This document shows positions 1 through 9,032 of a stretch of 61,161 nt of DNA, one piece after another; position 1 is the first letter of the stretch; every line of letters starts with the position of its first letter. The notes below the pieces were generated by a model that made no database searches, had not been told where the DNA came from, and saw nothing but the letters and a program-made list of their open reading frames with translations. Origin of the DNA: a virus (Duplodnaviria > Caudoviricetes); the IMG/VR virus record IMGVR_UViG_3300037721_000087, positions 1 to 61,161 of that record; one strand, 5' to 3'. Made by a program: the position numbers and the translations under genes.

Positions 1-49
1 AGCACTTCAGGTTGCGTACGTAGATCTTGATGTTTTCCGACTACCGGGG

Positions 50-415
50 GTGACCGTGAGCAACGACGACTGGCGCCCGACCAATCTCGACGAGCGCGGC
101 ACGGCCCTCTGGAGCTCGATCGCGAGCAGGTACGGGCTCCGTCCCGACGAGCTCGCGATCCTCGCCGACGCCTGCCATGAGGCTGACATCATCGAACGTC
201 TGCAGAGCGAGTTCGAGAACCGGGACCTGATCACGACCGGGTCCATGGGCCAGGACGTCGCCGCCCCGCACGTCACCGAGATCCGCCAGCACCGTACGAC
301 CCTGGCGAGCCTGCTCGGGAAGTTGCGCCTGCCCGACGACGACGCGAAGAGCGGCACCTCGTCGTCGGAGGCCGGCCGAGCGCTGGTGAGCCGGCGCTGG
401 CACTCCGCGAGCTGA
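50..415 (+). CDS. terS: Terminase small subunit
   Basis: First gene, directly upstream of TerL; 121 aa with 'GSMGQDVAAPHVTEIRQHR...LGKLRLP', typical of actinophage small terminases. Confidence 0.8.
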   Translation: MTVSNDDWRPTNLDERGTALWSSIASRYGLRPDELAILADACHEADIIERLQSEFENRDLITTGSMGQDVAAPHVTEIRQHRTTLASLLGKLRLPDDDAKSGTSSSEAGRALVSRRWHSAS

Positions 416-416
416 T

Positions 417-2171
417 GTGGCCACCGCGCTCACTGCCGGGCGGCGCGACGACCGCGAGCAGATGGCAGAGATCGCGGCTTGGTACCGCGCCGAGCTGGCT
501 CGTCCTGCCGAGCTCCCCGTCCTGCAGTGGCAACCGGTTCGGATCGGCCCGACGTGGCAGATCGAGAACGGGCGTTGGCTACTCCCGGAGCACACGCTCG
601 GCTGGGGCTTCCTGGCCTGGTGCGGGCGCTGGCTACAGGAGTCGCGTGATGTCCCCTGGCGCTTCACCTTGGAGCAGGCCCGATTCCTGCTCTGGTGGTA
701 TGCCGTCAGCGAGAGCGGCCGGTTCCTGTACCGGGATGGCGTGTTCCAGCGGCTCAAGGGCCACGGCAAGGACCCGATCGGCGCGTGCGTGAGCGGCGGG
801 GAGATGCTCGGCCCGGTTCGGGTGGTCGACTGGGTCGACGGGCAGCCGGTCGGCGGCGAGGTCCATGCAGCGTGGGTGCAGACGGCGGCCGTCAGTCTCA
901 AGCAGACGAAGAACACCATGCGGCTGTTCCCCGGACTGTTCACCGCCGAGGCCAAGGCTCATTTCGGCATCCAGATCGGCCGGGAACAGGTACACGCCCT
1001 CGGTGACGAGCGGTTCATGGAGGCTGTGACCTCTTCGCCGGCCTCGCTCGAGGGTGCCCGCTCGACGTTCGTACTCATGAACGAAACACACCACTGGCTG
1101 GACAACAACGACGGCCACGAGATGGCGGCTGTCATCGAGCGCAACTCGACGAAGTCGGCCGGCGGTGCCGCTCGAACGCTGCGGATCACCAACGCCTACG
1201 AGCCCGGCACGAACTCGGTCGCCGAGCACGACCGGGAAGCGTGGGAGAAGGTGCAGGCGGGCGACGCGATCGACGTCGGCCTGCTCTACGACTCGCTGGA
1301 AGCTCCGCCGGAGGCGCCGCTCACGCCCGAGGCCGCGCCCAGCGTGGTCGAGGCGATCCGGGGTGACTCGGTCTGGCTGGACGTAGAGACGATCCTCAAT
1401 TCGATCGTGGACACCCGGAACCCGCCGAGTCGCTCGCGCCGGTTCTGGTACAACCAGATCGTTGCCGCCGAGGACGCTTGGGCGGATCCACTCCAGTGGG
1501 ACGCCATCGCAGCCCCGGATCAGCTCGTACTCCCCGACGAGCCGATCGTGGCGTTCTTCGATGGATCCAAGTCCGACGACACGACCGGCCTGGTCGCGTG
1601 CCGGCTGTCCGACGGGCATGTGTTCGTCATCGACTCCTGGTCCAAGCCTCCGGGCGAGCGCGGCAAGGACTGGATCGTTCCTCGAGCCAAGGTCGACGAG
1701 ACCGTGACCTCGATGTTCGAGTCCTATCGGGTGCACGCGTTCTTCGCGGACCCGTCCGACACGCGTGACGACGAGGGCGTGCGGTTCTGGGAGCCGTTCA
1801 TCGACGACTGGCACCAGCGCTACGGCCCGTCGCTCCAGTACTGGGCCGTACAGTCCGGCGACCGGCGTCACGCGATCGCCTGGGACATGCGCTCCCCACA
1901 GCGCTTGGGCGAGTTCACCGCTGCCGCTGAGCGGTTCCTTGTCGAGGTAGCCGCCGGGCGGTTCTCCCACGACGGCGACCTGCGCTTACGCCAGCACGTG
2001 CGCAACGCCCGGCGCCGGCCGAACAAGTACGGGGTCGGGTTCGGCAAGGAGCATCGCGAGTCGGCCCGCAAGGTCGACCTTGCCGTCTGCGCCGTCGGCG
2101 CCCGCATGCTGCGCCGCATGGTGCAGAACAAGGACACCGGCACGAAGGTGCGCAGCGGCAAGGTCTGGTGA
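417..2171 (+). CDS. terL: Terminase large subunit
   Basis: Walker A-like 'RLKGHGKDP', Walker B-like 'VLMNETHHW', nuclease 'FFDGSKSDDTTGL' and 'KVDLAVCAVGA'; precedes portal. Confidence 0.95.
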   Translation: MATALTAGRRDDREQMAEIAAWYRAELARPAELPVLQWQPVRIGPTWQIENGRWLLPEHTLGWGFLAWCGRWLQESRDVPWRFTLEQARFLLWWYAVSESGRFLYRDGVFQRLKGHGKDPIGACVSGGEMLGPVRVVDWVDGQPVGGEVHAAWVQTAAVSLKQTKNTMRLFPGLFTAEAKAHFGIQIGREQVHALGDERFMEAVTSSPASLEGARSTFVLMNETHHWLDNNDGHEMAAVIERNSTKSAGGAARTLRITNAYEPGTNSVAEHDREAWEKVQAGDAIDVGLLYDSLEAPPEAPLTPEAAPSVVEAIRGDSVWLDVETILNSIVDTRNPPSRSRRFWYNQIVAAEDAWADPLQWDAIAAPDQLVLPDEPIVAFFDGSKSDDTTGLVACRLSDGHVFVIDSWSKPPGERGKDWIVPRAKVDETVTSMFESYRVHAFFADPSDTRDDEGVRFWEPFIDDWHQRYGPSLQYWAVQSGDRRHAIAWDMRSPQRLGEFTAAAERFLVEVAAGRFSHDGDLRLRQHVRNARRRPNKYGVGFGKEHRESARKVDLAVCAVGARMLRRMVQNKDTGTKVRSGKVW

Positions 2172-2175
2172 CGGG

Positions 2176-2355
2176 CTAGGACTCGATCCAGCGCCCGGCC
2201 TTGCAGTGACAGACCTGGTGCTTGCGGGTGGCTCCGCCGGGGCAGCAGAAGCGGCCATCGTCGAGCCAGTCGTGGCCGTCGGTCAGCTCGTGCTCGGTGT
2301 AGGTCTCGCTGATGTACCCCGTGTTGATGAGGATGCGAGCGCAGCAGTCATCCAT
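2176..2355 (-). CDS. Small Cys/His-rich hypothetical protein (antisense insertion)
   Basis: MDDCCARILINTG...CHCKAGRWIES; start overlaps the stop of the 2355-2639 gene. Confidence 0.5.
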   Translation of the reverse strand: MDDCCARILINTGYISETYTEHELTDGHDWLDDGRFCCPGGATRKHQVCHCKAGRWIES

Positions 2356-2639
2356 CACGCCCCCTTGCTCAGGATGTTGCTCAGCTGCACGCGTGAGACG
2401 CCGAGCGCCTCGGCAACGACCGTCTTCGGGATCCCCGCCTCGACCGCCTTGTCGGTCAGCTCGCGCACCCGGGCGTAGACCGCCTTGCGCCGCTGGGCTC
2501 CTTCCGGGGTCCGCAGCGCGCCCGCGACGCGCCGCTCGTGTGCAAGCGCGCTGATTTCGTCCACGATCGCCCACTGCGCTTCGGTGAGCTCGCGCTCGGG
2601 CTCTTCGCCGGTTCCTTTGCATCGTGTGCACTGTGCCAT
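2355..2639 (-). CDS. Small HTH DNA-binding protein with N-terminal CxxCxGxG
   Basis: 'MAQCTRCKGTG' and C-terminal HTH 'GIPKTVVAEALGVSRVQLSNIL'; leaderless-type promoter directly upstream. Confidence 0.65.
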   Translation of the reverse strand: MAQCTRCKGTGEEPERELTEAQWAIVDEISALAHERRVAGALRTPEGAQRRKAVYARVRELTDKAVEAGIPKTVVAEALGVSRVQLSNILSKGA

Positions 2640-2644
2640 GACCT

Positions 2645-2674
2645 GAGTGTACGTCAACCGACAGCAACTGTCCA
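2645..2674 (-). promoter_or_regulatory. Sigma70-type promoter, leaderless transcript
   Basis: Minus strand reads TGGACA-17 nt-TACACT-caggtc-ATG(2639). Confidence 0.6.
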
Positions 2675-2688
2675 TGGGAGGGCAAGTC

Positions 2689-2967
2689 ATGGGTCGACTC
2701 GACGTGTCCCCCCGCAAGAACTGGGTCGAGGAGCAGGGCGGGCTGCCCAAGTACATCGAGCGGATCGCCGTGCACCTCAAGGCCAAGGGCATGAGCACCT
2801 CGCACGCCATCGCGACCGCCGTGAACGCGGCCAAGAAGATGTGCGCCACCGGTGACCTCAACTGGCCCGGCCTGCAGAGCGTGAACCCCGGCTCGCGCGC
2901 GGAGGCGTGCGCTGCCGTCGCCCGCTGGGAGGCCATGAAGGCCGCAGCGAAGGCGAAGAGGGGCTGA
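2689..2967 (+). CDS. Hypothetical protein between TerL and portal
   Basis: MGRLDVSPRKNWVEEQGGLPKYIERIA...; GGGAGG upstream; stop 1 nt before portal start. Confidence 0.7.
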   Translation: MGRLDVSPRKNWVEEQGGLPKYIERIAVHLKAKGMSTSHAIATAVNAAKKMCATGDLNWPGLQSVNPGSRAEACAAVARWEAMKAAAKAKRG

Positions 2968-2968
2968 C

Positions 2969-4441
2969 GTGCCACTGACCCCCGAGGAAGCCCGTGCACT
3001 GGTCAAGGACCGGATGTGGCCGGGCTGGAAGCGCGAGAAGGAGCGCCTCGACCGGATCGACCGGTGGTACCGATGGAGCCCGGACGAGATCCAGCTCCCG
3101 CGCGGGGTGACTCGCGAACACCGGGCCCTGGCCGAGATGTCGAAGGTGCCTTGGTTGCAGCTGGTCGTCACGGCCGCCGCTCAGGCGATGTACGTGGATG
3201 GGTACCGCACCGAGCTCGACGACCCGGCCTCGCGCGAAGAGGCCGAGCAGCGCGAGATGAGCCCGCCCTGGCAGTCGTGGATGGCCAACGGCATGGACCG
3301 CCGCCAGGTCGCCCTGCACCGGTACAGCCTCGCCTACGGCTACGCCTACAACACGGTGCTGCCGGGCGTGGACCCGCTGACTGACCGCAAGCAGGCTGTG
3401 ATCCGGGGCGTGAGCCCGCGCTCGATGTTCGCCGTCTACGACGATCCGGCCGAGGACGACTGGCCCCAGTACGCGATGCGCGTCGGCGAGCCGCGTGGGG
3501 ACGCGCGTCCGGTGCGCCTGTTCGACGAGCAGGACGTGCACGAGCTGCTCGTCGAGGACGACGGTGACAATCCCACCTACCTCGGCTTCGCCCGCCACGA
3601 CGCGGCCGTCTGCCCGGTCGTGCGCTATGCGCCGATGCTGGACCTGGACGGCCGTTCGAGCGGTGAGGTCGAGCCGTTCATCCCGCTGGCCGCCCGGATC
3701 AACAAGACGTCGTACGACCGGCTGCTGACCCAGCATTTCGCCAGCTGGAAGGTCCGCTACGTCACCGGCATGGCCGAGCCGGACTCCGAGGAGTCCGCGA
3801 ACCGCAAGAAGCTCGAGCTCAAGGTCTCCGATCTGCTCGTCGCTGAGGATCCGGACACGAAGTTCGGCACCCTCGAGGCCTCGGACCTGATGGGCTTCAT
3901 CGCTGCGTACCGCAACGACATCGAAACCCTTGCTGCCGCCAGCCAGACGCCCACGCACGAGCTCACCGGCCAGATGGCCAACCTCTCGGCGGAAGCACTG
4001 GCTGCTGCGCGTGCGAGCCTGAACCAGAAGGTCGTAGAGCGCCAGAAGGGGCTGGGTTGGTCGCACTCCCAGTCGCTGCGGCTCGCGTGCGCCTACGACG
4101 GGTACGACGAGTACGCCACCGACATCACCGGCCGGGTCACCTGGCAGGACATGGAGATCCGCTCCATGAGCCAGGCCGCCGACGCGCTGGGCAAGATGGT
4201 CCAGATGCTCGGCGTGCCGCCGACGGCGGCGTGGGCCCGGATCCCTGGCGTGGAGAAGTCCGACGTCACCGAGTGGATTGCGCTGGCCGAGGCCGGTGAC
4301 CCGATCACGAAGATGCGCGAGCGCCTCGAGGCGCAGACCGCAGCGGCCGGCGTCCGGCGCTCGTCCGGGTCGACCCCGGTCGGCCAGATGGACACGCCCG
4401 CGCCCGGCTTCGGGGAGGGGAGCTTCGGTGCCCAAGATTGA
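2969..4441 (+). CDS. Portal protein (SPP1 gp6-like)
   Basis: 490 aa after terminase; 'PWLQLVVTAAAQ', 'GEVEPFIPLAARIN', 'NLSAEAL', 'SQAADALGK'. Confidence 0.92.
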   Translation: MPLTPEEARALVKDRMWPGWKREKERLDRIDRWYRWSPDEIQLPRGVTREHRALAEMSKVPWLQLVVTAAAQAMYVDGYRTELDDPASREEAEQREMSPPWQSWMANGMDRRQVALHRYSLAYGYAYNTVLPGVDPLTDRKQAVIRGVSPRSMFAVYDDPAEDDWPQYAMRVGEPRGDARPVRLFDEQDVHELLVEDDGDNPTYLGFARHDAAVCPVVRYAPMLDLDGRSSGEVEPFIPLAARINKTSYDRLLTQHFASWKVRYVTGMAEPDSEESANRKKLELKVSDLLVAEDPDTKFGTLEASDLMGFIAAYRNDIETLAAASQTPTHELTGQMANLSAEALAAARASLNQKVVERQKGLGWSHSQSLRLACAYDGYDEYATDITGRVTWQDMEIRSMSQAADALGKMVQMLGVPPTAAWARIPGVEKSDVTEWIALAEAGDPITKMRERLEAQTAAAGVRRSSGSTPVGQMDTPAPGFGEGSFGAQD

Positions 4442-4598
4442 GATCCCGGTGTACATGCGGATCGGAGATGGCGACGAGATCCAGGTGGGCTCCCTGGGGC
4501 TTGATCAGGATAATCTTCTGCGAGGTAGTACTGTCTCGATCGACATAGCGCCTGCCTTGCGCGAGCTTGCTGATCGGGTTGAGCGTGGCGGCAACTGA
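4428..4598 (+). CDS. Small hypothetical protein
   Basis: MPKIEIPVYMRIGDG...; bridges the portal and MuF-like genes with short overlaps; GGGGAGG upstream. Confidence 0.55.
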   Translation: MPKIEIPVYMRIGDGDEIQVGSLGLDQDNLLRGSTVSIDIAPALRELADRVERGGN

Positions 4599-5445
4599 CC
4601 TCGGTGCCCGCCTGACCGAGCAGCATCGTCAGACGCAGGTGGCCAATCAGCAGACCTTCCTGGCCGAGTACCTCGCTTTGTGGCGTCTGCTCGACCCGCT
4701 CAACCTCGATGCCACCGCTCCGGGTTGGCTGGCGGCTGTGCTCCGGCTGATCGACCTGTTCCGGGACCAGTCCGCCGAGATCGCGCTCGACTACTACCGT
4801 GAGTTCCGCCGGATCGAGGCCCCGGACGCGCCCGAACTGCCGCCGATCGAGATCGAGCGGCCGACCGAGATCATCCGGGCGGAGCGACGCGTGGCCCGGG
4901 GTAACCGGGGCGTCTCGCGCGCACCCCGGGATGTCATCTCGATCGACTTCCGCGAGCTCGACAAGGCTGCCCGTACTTCACTGATCGTCACCGGGCCGGT
5001 GAACATCAAGGTCAAGACCAAGCGGGCCCGTCCGGTCGACGCAGCCCAGCGCGACGCCCTCGTGGAGTCGAGCGGCGCAGCGATGCGGCACGTGATCGAA
5101 GGGTCGCGTCAGGCGACGCTCGCCGTCGTGCGCGAGGACCCGGCCACGACCCGCTACATGCGCGTGACCGACGGCGACCCGTGCTACTTCTGCGCCATGC
5201 TCGCCTCGCGCGGGCCGGTCTACTTGAACCGCACGACCGCCTCGTTCCGGGCGCACGACCACTGCGCCTGCACCGCCGAGCCCGTGTTCGCCGCCGGCAG
5301 CGAGTGGCCAGGTCGCGCTCGGGAGTTCCAGAAGCTGTGGAACCGCGAGATCCGGGGCCAGTACTCGGGCAAGGACGCGATCCGGGCGTGGCGCAGGCTC
5401 TACGAACGGCGCCAGCGTGAGGCCGGGCGCGAGATCGCGGCCTAG
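4585..5445 (+). CDS. MuF-like minor head / capsid maturation protein
   Basis: 'RVTDGDPCYFCAMLASRG' and 'AHDHCACTAEP' motifs; lies between portal and scaffold. Confidence 0.8.
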   Translation: MAATDLGARLTEQHRQTQVANQQTFLAEYLALWRLLDPLNLDATAPGWLAAVLRLIDLFRDQSAEIALDYYREFRRIEAPDAPELPPIEIERPTEIIRAERRVARGNRGVSRAPRDVISIDFRELDKAARTSLIVTGPVNIKVKTKRARPVDAAQRDALVESSGAAMRHVIEGSRQATLAVVREDPATTRYMRVTDGDPCYFCAMLASRGPVYLNRTTASFRAHDHCACTAEPVFAAGSEWPGRAREFQKLWNREIRGQYSGKDAIRAWRRLYERRQREAGREIAA

Positions 5446-5759
5446 CACCACCAGCGTCGAGTACAGAACCTGCTCTCGTCGTCGTCCTCGATCTCCACTT
5501 CGACGTACGAGGGATCGCTCTCTTCCGTCGAAGGCGCCGGCACCGGCTCAGCCGTCGGCAAGGGCTCGACCGGGATGGTCCGAGGGTTCACGTCCGGCTG
5601 GTACTCGCGCGGCAGGGTGTAGGGCTCGCGCTCCGGCGCGGGGTCCGAGCCGAACGCCGACCCGACGCCGTACAGCGTGAACGGCAGCGTGAAGAACACG
5701 ACCGCTGCTGCGATGCGCGCCCTGCTAGGTCGTGTGTCCCTCATGCCCACACGTCGCAC
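5442..5759 (-). CDS. Membrane-anchored hypothetical protein (antisense insertion)
   Basis: Hydrophobic 'IAAAVVFFTLPFTLYGVG', Pro/Glu-rich body, ends FCTRRWWC; GGAGG upstream. Confidence 0.55.
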   Translation of the reverse strand: MRRVGMRDTRPSRARIAAAVVFFTLPFTLYGVGSAFGSDPAPEREPYTLPREYQPDVNPRTIPVEPLPTAEPVPAPSTEESDPSYVEVEIEDDDESRFCTRRWWC

Positions 5760-5850
5760 ACCTCCGGTTGTGCGTTACAGACCGGCTCGCATCACCCAGA
5801 CCACCGTGCGCCAGACGGGCGCGCGGCCTACCCCGAAACGGGGAGCCGAA

Positions 5851-6429
5851 ATGGCTGAGATCACCAAGCAGGAACGTCTCGAGGTCGACGACGAGACGGC
5901 TGACAAGCTGCTCAACGACGACACCGATGACGCGAACGACAACCAGCCCGACCCGCCCGTCACGGGCGAGAAGGACTGGAAGGCAGAGGCCGAGAAGTGG
6001 CGGAACCTCTCACGCAAGAACGAGAAGGACTTCAAGACCACCGCCCAGAAGCTCGCTGAGTACGAGGACGCGAACAAGTCTGAGGCGCAACGCCTGCTGG
6101 ACGAGCGCGACTCGCACAAGACGCGGGCGGAGAAGGCTGAAGCACGGCTCGCCCGACTGGAGATCGCACAGCGCGTAGCTCCCGAGCACGCGACCTTCGC
6201 GCAGCTCCAGAAGGTGCTCAAGCGCATGGCCGGTGACGACGAGGAAGCCCTGGAACAGGACGCCCTCGAACTGTGGGCGGACTACGCCCCTGAGCCGGCC
6301 AAGCCGAAGACACCGACCCGCCCGCGCGAGCGGATGCGAGGCGGTGGCGAGCCCGAGACCGACGACCCGGATGACACCGACGACCCGCGCAAGCTGGCCG
6401 ACCGGATCACCGGCGTCCGTCGAACTTGA
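5851..6429 (+). CDS. Capsid scaffolding protein
   Basis: Acidic coiled coil 'DWKAEAEKWRNLSRKNE...YEDANKSE'; directly before major capsid. Confidence 0.85.
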   Translation: MAEITKQERLEVDDETADKLLNDDTDDANDNQPDPPVTGEKDWKAEAEKWRNLSRKNEKDFKTTAQKLAEYEDANKSEAQRLLDERDSHKTRAEKAEARLARLEIAQRVAPEHATFAQLQKVLKRMAGDDEEALEQDALELWADYAPEPAKPKTPTRPRERMRGGGEPETDDPDDTDDPRKLADRITGVRRT

Positions 6430-6435
6430 CGAACT

Positions 6436-6499
6436 CCCGCACGACCCGCCACAGAGGTCGCCTGCGGTCCGACAACGCTCCCTAGGAGGACTCTGTGGC
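6436..6499 (+). promoter_or_regulatory. Structured 5' leader, copy 1 (major capsid)
   Basis: CCCGCACGACCCGCCACAGAGGTCG...ACGCTCCCTAGGAGG.CTCTGTGGC, near-identical to 8970-9032. Confidence 0.75.
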
Positions 6500-7427
6500 C
6501 AACACCTACATCAAGGCCGATCGCGTCGCAGCGGCGGCCCTCGGTCTGCTCGAGCGCGAGATCGTGCTCCCCGGACTCGTCTGGCGCGACGCCGGTGGCG
6601 ACTTCCGGGGCGCCGGTGGCGACACCATCTCGATCCGGGTCCCCGCACGCACGCAGGCCCGCACGCGGGTGCTGCGCGGCGCACGGCCGACCACGTCCGA
6701 GGGCGCGGGCATCATCACGATGGACGAGCTGACCGAGACCAAGGTCGACGTCACCCTCGACACCGACGTGTACAACGCCATCCCGGTCACGGACGAGGAG
6801 CTAACCCTCGACATCGTCGACTTCGGCCAGCAGATCCTCGCCCCCCAGGTGCGCGCGGTCGCCGAGGGCGTGGAGAACGCCCTGGTGGCCGAGATGACCG
6901 GTGCCACCTACGCCACCGAGCTCACGGTCGACCCCGTGGACCCGTACAACACGTTCGTGGACGCGCACATCGCGCTGAACAAGGCCAACGTGCCCCGTTC
7001 GGAGCGGTACGCGATCGTCGGTGCCGACGTCGAGGCGGCCATCCTCAAGTCCGACCACCTTTCCCGGGTGGACCAGTCGGGCAGCGACTCCGCCCTGCGC
7101 CGTGCGCAGATCGGCACGCTGGCCAACTTCCCGGTCTACGCCTCCAACGCCATCCCGACCGACGAGGTGTACTGGTTCCACCGCACTGCCTACGTGCTGG
7201 GCATGCGCGCCCCGATGGTCCCGGACGGTGCCACCTTCGGCGCCAGCCGGGCTGCGTTCGGTCTGTCCATGCGCTGGCTGCGGGACTACGACTTCCGCAA
7301 CGTGCAGGACCGGTCGCTCGTCGACACCTACATCGGCACCAACATCGTGGCCGACGGCGTGGACGGCGTGGACGTGGGCACGGACCCGGACTTCGTCCGG
7401 GCGGTGCGCGGCACGATCGCGCCGTGA
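6495..7427 (+). CDS. Major capsid protein (HK97 fold)
   Basis: AGGAGG RBS; 'GDTISIRVP', 'VTDEELTLDI.DFGQQILAPQVRAVAE'; synteny. Confidence 0.92.
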   Translation: MANTYIKADRVAAAALGLLEREIVLPGLVWRDAGGDFRGAGGDTISIRVPARTQARTRVLRGARPTTSEGAGIITMDELTETKVDVTLDTDVYNAIPVTDEELTLDIVDFGQQILAPQVRAVAEGVENALVAEMTGATYATELTVDPVDPYNTFVDAHIALNKANVPRSERYAIVGADVEAAILKSDHLSRVDQSGSDSALRRAQIGTLANFPVYASNAIPTDEVYWFHRTAYVLGMRAPMVPDGATFGASRAAFGLSMRWLRDYDFRNVQDRSLVDTYIGTNIVADGVDGVDVGTDPDFVRAVRGTIAP

Positions 7428-7876
7428 TGATTCCCCTGGCCAGTGTCGCGGACATCGAGGCCCGCCTCGGCCGCAAGCTCTCCCCTGAGGAGAAGTTGCG
7501 CGCCGAGGGCGTCCTCGAAGACATCTCCGGCTTGGTCAGGGACATCGTCGGCCGCGATTTCCTGAACGAGGCCGGCACTGACCTCGTCGGAGTACCCCAC
7601 ACCGTCCTTGCGGTCGTCCGCAAGGCGGCCGAGCGCGCGATGCGCAACCCGGAGGGGTACTCCGGCGAGTCCACCGGGGATTACTCCTACCAGCGCCGGG
7701 GCGTCGAGGACGGTGTCTATCTGACCGAGGCGGAAGAGCGCCTGATCAGGCGTGCACTGGGACGGGGCGGGCTCTGGGTCCAGGAGACGACCCGGGGCGA
7801 CGAACTGCTCACCACCGGGTTCGTCGAGGACAACTACGGCTGCGAGCTGTTCCCACTCGACGTCTACCGGGAGTGA
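7427..7876 (+). CDS. Head-to-tail adaptor
   Basis: 'LASVADIEARLGRKL', 'RNPEGYSGESTGDYSY', 'YLTEAE'; overlaps capsid stop. Confidence 0.85.
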   Translation: MIPLASVADIEARLGRKLSPEEKLRAEGVLEDISGLVRDIVGRDFLNEAGTDLVGVPHTVLAVVRKAAERAMRNPEGYSGESTGDYSYQRRGVEDGVYLTEAEERLIRRALGRGGLWVQETTRGDELLTTGFVEDNYGCELFPLDVYRE

Positions 7877-8241
7877 CCGTGTCGGCCCTGCTCGATCGTG
7901 GACCGCACACGGTGACGATCTACCTGGTGGAGACCGGCACCGACACCTACGGCGGCGAGATCCTGCGCCCGTCGGACACGGGTGTCGTCATCTCCGGTTG
8001 CCTGCTCACGCCCATGGGTGCGGACCGGGACGCAACGTCCTACGTCTCCGCCCAGGCAGGCCTGCGCGAGGACCGTACCTGGCGGTTCCGCGCACGTCAG
8101 GCTCCGCTCGAACCCTGGGGCCGGGTCGAGTGGGACGACGCCGGTGTGGTCCGCCGGTTCACCGTCATCTCCGGTCCGTTGCGCTATGCCGTCACGGCGG
8201 CGACCACGCACATCGCAGCCACTCTGCACGAGGAGAACTGA
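7873..8241 (+). CDS. Head-to-tail stopper
   Basis: Synteny, GTGA overlap, 'SALLDRGPHTVTIY...DTYG'. Confidence 0.7.
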   Translation: MTVSALLDRGPHTVTIYLVETGTDTYGGEILRPSDTGVVISGCLLTPMGADRDATSYVSAQAGLREDRTWRFRARQAPLEPWGRVEWDDAGVVRRFTVISGPLRYAVTAATTHIAATLHEEN

Positions 8242-8531
8242 TGGCCCGCGTGATCGTGTTCCCCGACTGCAACTCGATCGTCGCGCACCAGCCCGGCGTC
8301 CGAGGGGCCGTGTTCTCCACGGCCAACGAGAAGGCCGCCGTAGCGCGCGGCATCCTCGCTGCGCATCGGGACCAGGGTCACGCACAGATCACGGTCACGC
8401 GAGGCTCTCTCGACGCGTTCGTGAACCTGACCGACACCCGGGGCGACGTGGCCGCAGCCGCGATCGAGTACGGCAACCGCTACGGCGGGGGCGGGATCGA
8501 CGTCCTGGGCCGGGCGTTCGGGCTCACCTGA
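8241..8531 (+). CDS. Neck / tail-completion protein (DUF5403-like)
   Basis: 'IVAHQPGVRGAV', 'AAAIEYG'; synteny. Confidence 0.7.
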   Translation: MARVIVFPDCNSIVAHQPGVRGAVFSTANEKAAVARGILAAHRDQGHAQITVTRGSLDAFVNLTDTRGDVAAAAIEYGNRYGGGGIDVLGRAFGLT

Positions 8532-8959
8532 TGGAGTTCTCGGTCGATCCGTTCGACGTGCTGCTCCCGCTCCTGCGGAGCGGGCTCGGCTCGTCGTACA
8601 TGGTGCTTCGCAGGCCACCCGCCAAGGTGGTCGAGGAGCTTCCGCTGGTCGTGCTCACTCAGACCGGCGGCTCCTCGTTCGCGCCCCGGTTCTGGGACCA
8701 GCCCTACGTCTCGGTCTCCAACTGGGCTGCCGAGCAGCCGGGGGTCGACGCGATCCGTGCGGCTGCCCTGGATGCAGACCGGATCCGCAAGACGCTCTGG
8801 ACGGCCTGGGAAACCCAGGCCGTCGTGCCCGGCATCGGGCATTTGACCTGGGTCCGCGAATCGCAGGGGCCGATGCAGATCAACGATCCCGACCTGCCGC
8901 AGGTGGGGATCTACACGGCCACCTACGAGTTCCGGATCAGGCGCGCCCTGAGCGCTTGA
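8531..8959 (+). CDS. Tail terminator
   Basis: 142 aa directly before major tail; 'LPLVVL', ends 'ATYEFRIRR'. Confidence 0.7.
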   Translation: MEFSVDPFDVLLPLLRSGLGSSYMVLRRPPAKVVEELPLVVLTQTGGSSFAPRFWDQPYVSVSNWAAEQPGVDAIRAAALDADRIRKTLWTAWETQAVVPGIGHLTWVRESQGPMQINDPDLPQVGIYTATYEFRIRRALSA

Positions 8960-8969
8960 TCCGTCCGTT

Positions 8970-9032
8970 CCCGCACGACCCGCCACAGAGGTCGACGCGG
9001 TCCTTCCACGCTCCCTAGGAGGTCTCTGTGGC
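8970..9032 (+). promoter_or_regulatory. Structured 5' leader, copy 2 (major tail)
   Basis: Near-identical to 6436-6499. Confidence 0.75.
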
